This document shows positions 61,285 through 64,000 of a stretch of 64,000 nucleotides of DNA, piece after piece. Made by a program: the position numbers and the translations under genes. The notes beneath the pieces were generated by a model. That model was not told where the DNA came from. It was given only the letters and a program-made list of their open reading frames with translations, and searched no databases. Source of the stretch: Mobula hypostoma (taxonomy: Eukaryota). The stretch spans positions 15,316,001-15,380,000 of the forward strand of contig NC_086109.1 of assembly GCF_963921235.1 (NCBI RefSeq), given 5' to 3'. How positions within the stretch are numbered: position 1 is the stretch's first letter; every line of letters starts with the position of its first letter.

Positions 61285-61862
61285 CAGGACAGAAAACAGG
61301 CATATCACCCATGCCATCCAAAGCTCCCATCTACGCTGATCTCTTCTGCCTGTATTTGACCAACATTCTTATAAACATTTTCTTTCCTTAGAAAATTGGT
61401 CCAACACACAACAGGAACACCAATGTATGAAAGCAGAGTAGATATATCAGGTGCAAGTTTACTTACACTGAGCAGAGTGAGGGATTAGGTGCAGACATTA
61501 GAGCAACTGTCCAACTGTCTTGCCTCAACCTCCTCCTCTGGCAGCTTGTTCCATATGTCCACCACTTGCTCCTCCGGTTCCCCATTAAATCTTTCCCCTC
61601 TCTACTTAAAGCTACGCCTTCTCGTTTTAGACTCTCCTAACCTAGGAAAAAGACTGTGACCATCTCCCTTATCTATGCCCCTCATAATTTTATAAATTTC
61701 TTAAGATCACTCCTCAGCCGCCTTTGCTTGGGTGAAAACTATCCCAACCTATCCAATGTCTCCATATAATGCAAGCCCTCGGGTACAGGCAAAAATCCTT
61801 TCTGCACCCTCTCTTGGAATCCTTCCTCTTGCTTGGTGATCAGCACTGCACACAATACTCCA
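61285..61862 (-). mobile_element. Decayed CR1 3' fragment with a foreign insert at ~61393-61505
   Basis: LHYMETLDRLG; CTGCACACAATACTCC; CR1 UTR pieces. Confidence 0.75.
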
Positions 61863-62724
61863 TCTGGAACTACCTCAATGCACCATGCAATGATTTGATC
61901 TGTATCAATAGTATGCATGACAGGCTTTTCACTGTACTTCAGTGCATGTGTCAATATTAAACCAACATCAGTACTGTTCTATGTTCTGTCCTTTCCCTAC
62001 CCTGAACCGTTCATTCCTTGGACTGATCTTCCTCTCCCTCTACACGACTGTTGGTCATGGAAATATGACGTGATATGGTTTAGGGGGATTTCACGTTGTT
62101 ATGATTCGATACTGGCCATTTAACTGAGGGTACCATTTGCGTGGTCCCCTGAGCTGGAGAGATCAAGGCTTGGTATAAACTACATGTGACCAAGCCTCAT
62201 TACAGCAATTGGGATTTATCTTCATTCTCTCGCTGTAGGAGCCACACATCTGTTTTCTATCTGCATTGTATTCTGTGTTCCCTGTTTATTATGGTAGCTA
62301 GTCATTTGGGTGACAGCGTGGTAACAGCAAAGGGTTTAGCTACCTATCCGTGCTTTGATCTGGTCAGTTTTTAGATCTATGGACCGCTGGCTGTCATATT
62401 TTTGGTTGACTGCTTAACTTCGTTCAATTAAATTTGAAATCGCTTAACTTCATTTAAGTACATTTAATATCACTAGTTTTAATTTCATAAGTTTCATTGC
62501 TTCAAGATTGTATGTTTTGCTAGTTGATAATAAAGGATTGAATACATTTATTTGACTTTTTTGAACATTATTATTGGATTAATCACAGGGAGCATCATAA
62601 AAAATTAACTCCCCATGTGATTGCCAGCAAAATTTTGGAAGAACTCAGCAAGTCAAGCAGCATCTATGGAAATGAATAAACAGTTAAGGTCTCAGGCTGA
62701 GTTGCTCGGTCCGAGATGTCAAAT

Positions 62725-63129
62725 GTTATTTGAGTTCCTGTGGCCTTCCTGTCAACTTGAACTAGTCTGGCCATTCTCCTCTGACCTCTCTCATTAGTAA
62801 GGTGGTTTTGTCCACAGAACTACCACTCACTGGATGTTTTTTGTTTTCTGCACCATTCTCTGTAAACTCTAGAAACTGTTTTGCGTGAAAATTCCAGGAG
62901 ATTATCAGTTTCTGAGATACTCAAACTACCCCATCTGACACCAACAATCATTCCACAGTCAAAGTCACTTAGATCACATTTCGTCCCCATTCTGACATTT
63001 GGTCTGAACAACAGCTGAAGCTCTTGACCATCTCTGCATGCTTTTATGAATTGAGTTGCTGCCACATGATTGGCTGATCAGATATTTGCATTAATGAGCT
63101 GGTGTACCTAATAAAGTGGCCACTAAGTG
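62725..63129 (-). mobile_element. Tc1 derivative, left part
   Basis: MGTKCDLSDFDCGMIVGVRWGSLSISETDNLLEFSRKTVSRVYREW; TIR plus TA at 63130. Confidence 0.88.
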
Positions 63130-63538
63130 TATATCATAGGCAGAACCAAAGACTTCAGCAGAATCTACTGAAGTTTGTGGCCATTAATGTCAAGACTTCA
63201 GGTAGTGCAAATTCCTGTCAACTATGTTTGTGGTTACAGATGATTTGTGTAGCCTGCATACCAGTCCATTAATTAGAAAGAGATAAACTTCCAGAAGATG
63301 AAAAGCTTTAAAAACTGCTCAGGGCTGGATGATTATACTAAGAGAAACAATCAAACAATTTGAGAGGAACTTCAAGAAGTGTGACATTTAAAAGATCACT
63401 TGGCTTATAGCAAAAGGACTGCAATTAATACTTTTCCTGAAAGTATTTAGTCTTGTCTGAAATGAACTTTTATGGTAGGTTTTGAACTCATATGCTCTTG
63501 GTTATCAATTGAACCTATAGATTACTTACGTACTCAAC

Positions 63539-63620
63539 CAGAGGTTCCCACGCTGGGGTCCACTGACCCCTCAGTTAATGCTAGGGATCCATGGAATAAA
63601 AAAAAGTTTGGGAACCCCTA
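63539..63620. mobile_element. hAT mini-MITE, third copy
   Basis: CAGAGGTTCCCA...TGGGAACCCCT; same interior as 43276-43357 in reverse. Confidence 0.7.
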
Positions 63621-63957
63621 CTCTGGACAATTATATCCTCAAAATATATATGATCAAAAAATTGCTCAAAGGATTTTGATAATATCAGTAATATTTTGTT
63701 CTTTTTCCATCCATTCATTCATAGGATGTAAATGTGAGGCCAAAATTTGTTTCTCTTCTCCGTATGCCCCCTAAACCAGTGTTTTGCTTTGTCATTCATT
63801 ACAGTAGGTGGTTAAGAGTAATAAACGTAATTATGGACCTGGAGAAGCACATAGACCAGACAGGATAAACTCTAAAGATTTCCTTTCTGGAAGGCCATTT
63901 GTGAACCAATGGATGTGTTACAAACTCATGAACCTGACCCCACTATTCCTCTTTCAA

Positions 63958-63997
<40 letters not shown>

Positions 63998-64000
63998 TCT
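63958..64000. repeat. (TCTG)n(TCTA)n tetranucleotide microsatellite
   Basis: Seen directly; runs off the window. Confidence 0.97.

Noticed and set aside
62065..62600. Possible further solo LTR
   Set aside because: LTR-like composition, but I could not identify consistent TG/CA ends with a TSD.

Overview
Repeat-dominated vertebrate DNA, most likely intronic or intergenic sequence of a cartilaginous fish (inferred from the mix of V-domain tRNA-SINEs, a Deu-domain SINE, CR1, Rex/Babar and Penelope families). I recognise no host protein-coding gene, only weak micro-exon candidates. Nearly every ORF in the track is a transposon fragment or spurious. Retroelements present: a decayed R4/Dong-type element in tandem with another copy's 3' end, many CR1 and Rex/Babar fragments (one young CR1 with a single nonsense codon), L1, RTE and Gypsy remnants, several bipartite RTE-derived elements, and seven solo-LTR calls. 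DNA transposons present: Tc1, hAT and Harbinger derivatives. There is also a 540-bp satellite grown out of a LINE tail. The most interesting signals are about 10 Penelope-like termini carrying minimal hammerhead-ribozyme motifs (including a CUGCYGA core variant and palindromic mini-elements), Tc1-type elements that end in whole TIR-TIR hairpins, a well-preserved Harbinger deletion derivative, and an old local duplication with reciprocal empty sites. Family names come from motif recognition by eye, not database searches. Boundaries are approximate unless a TSD or TIR is quoted.
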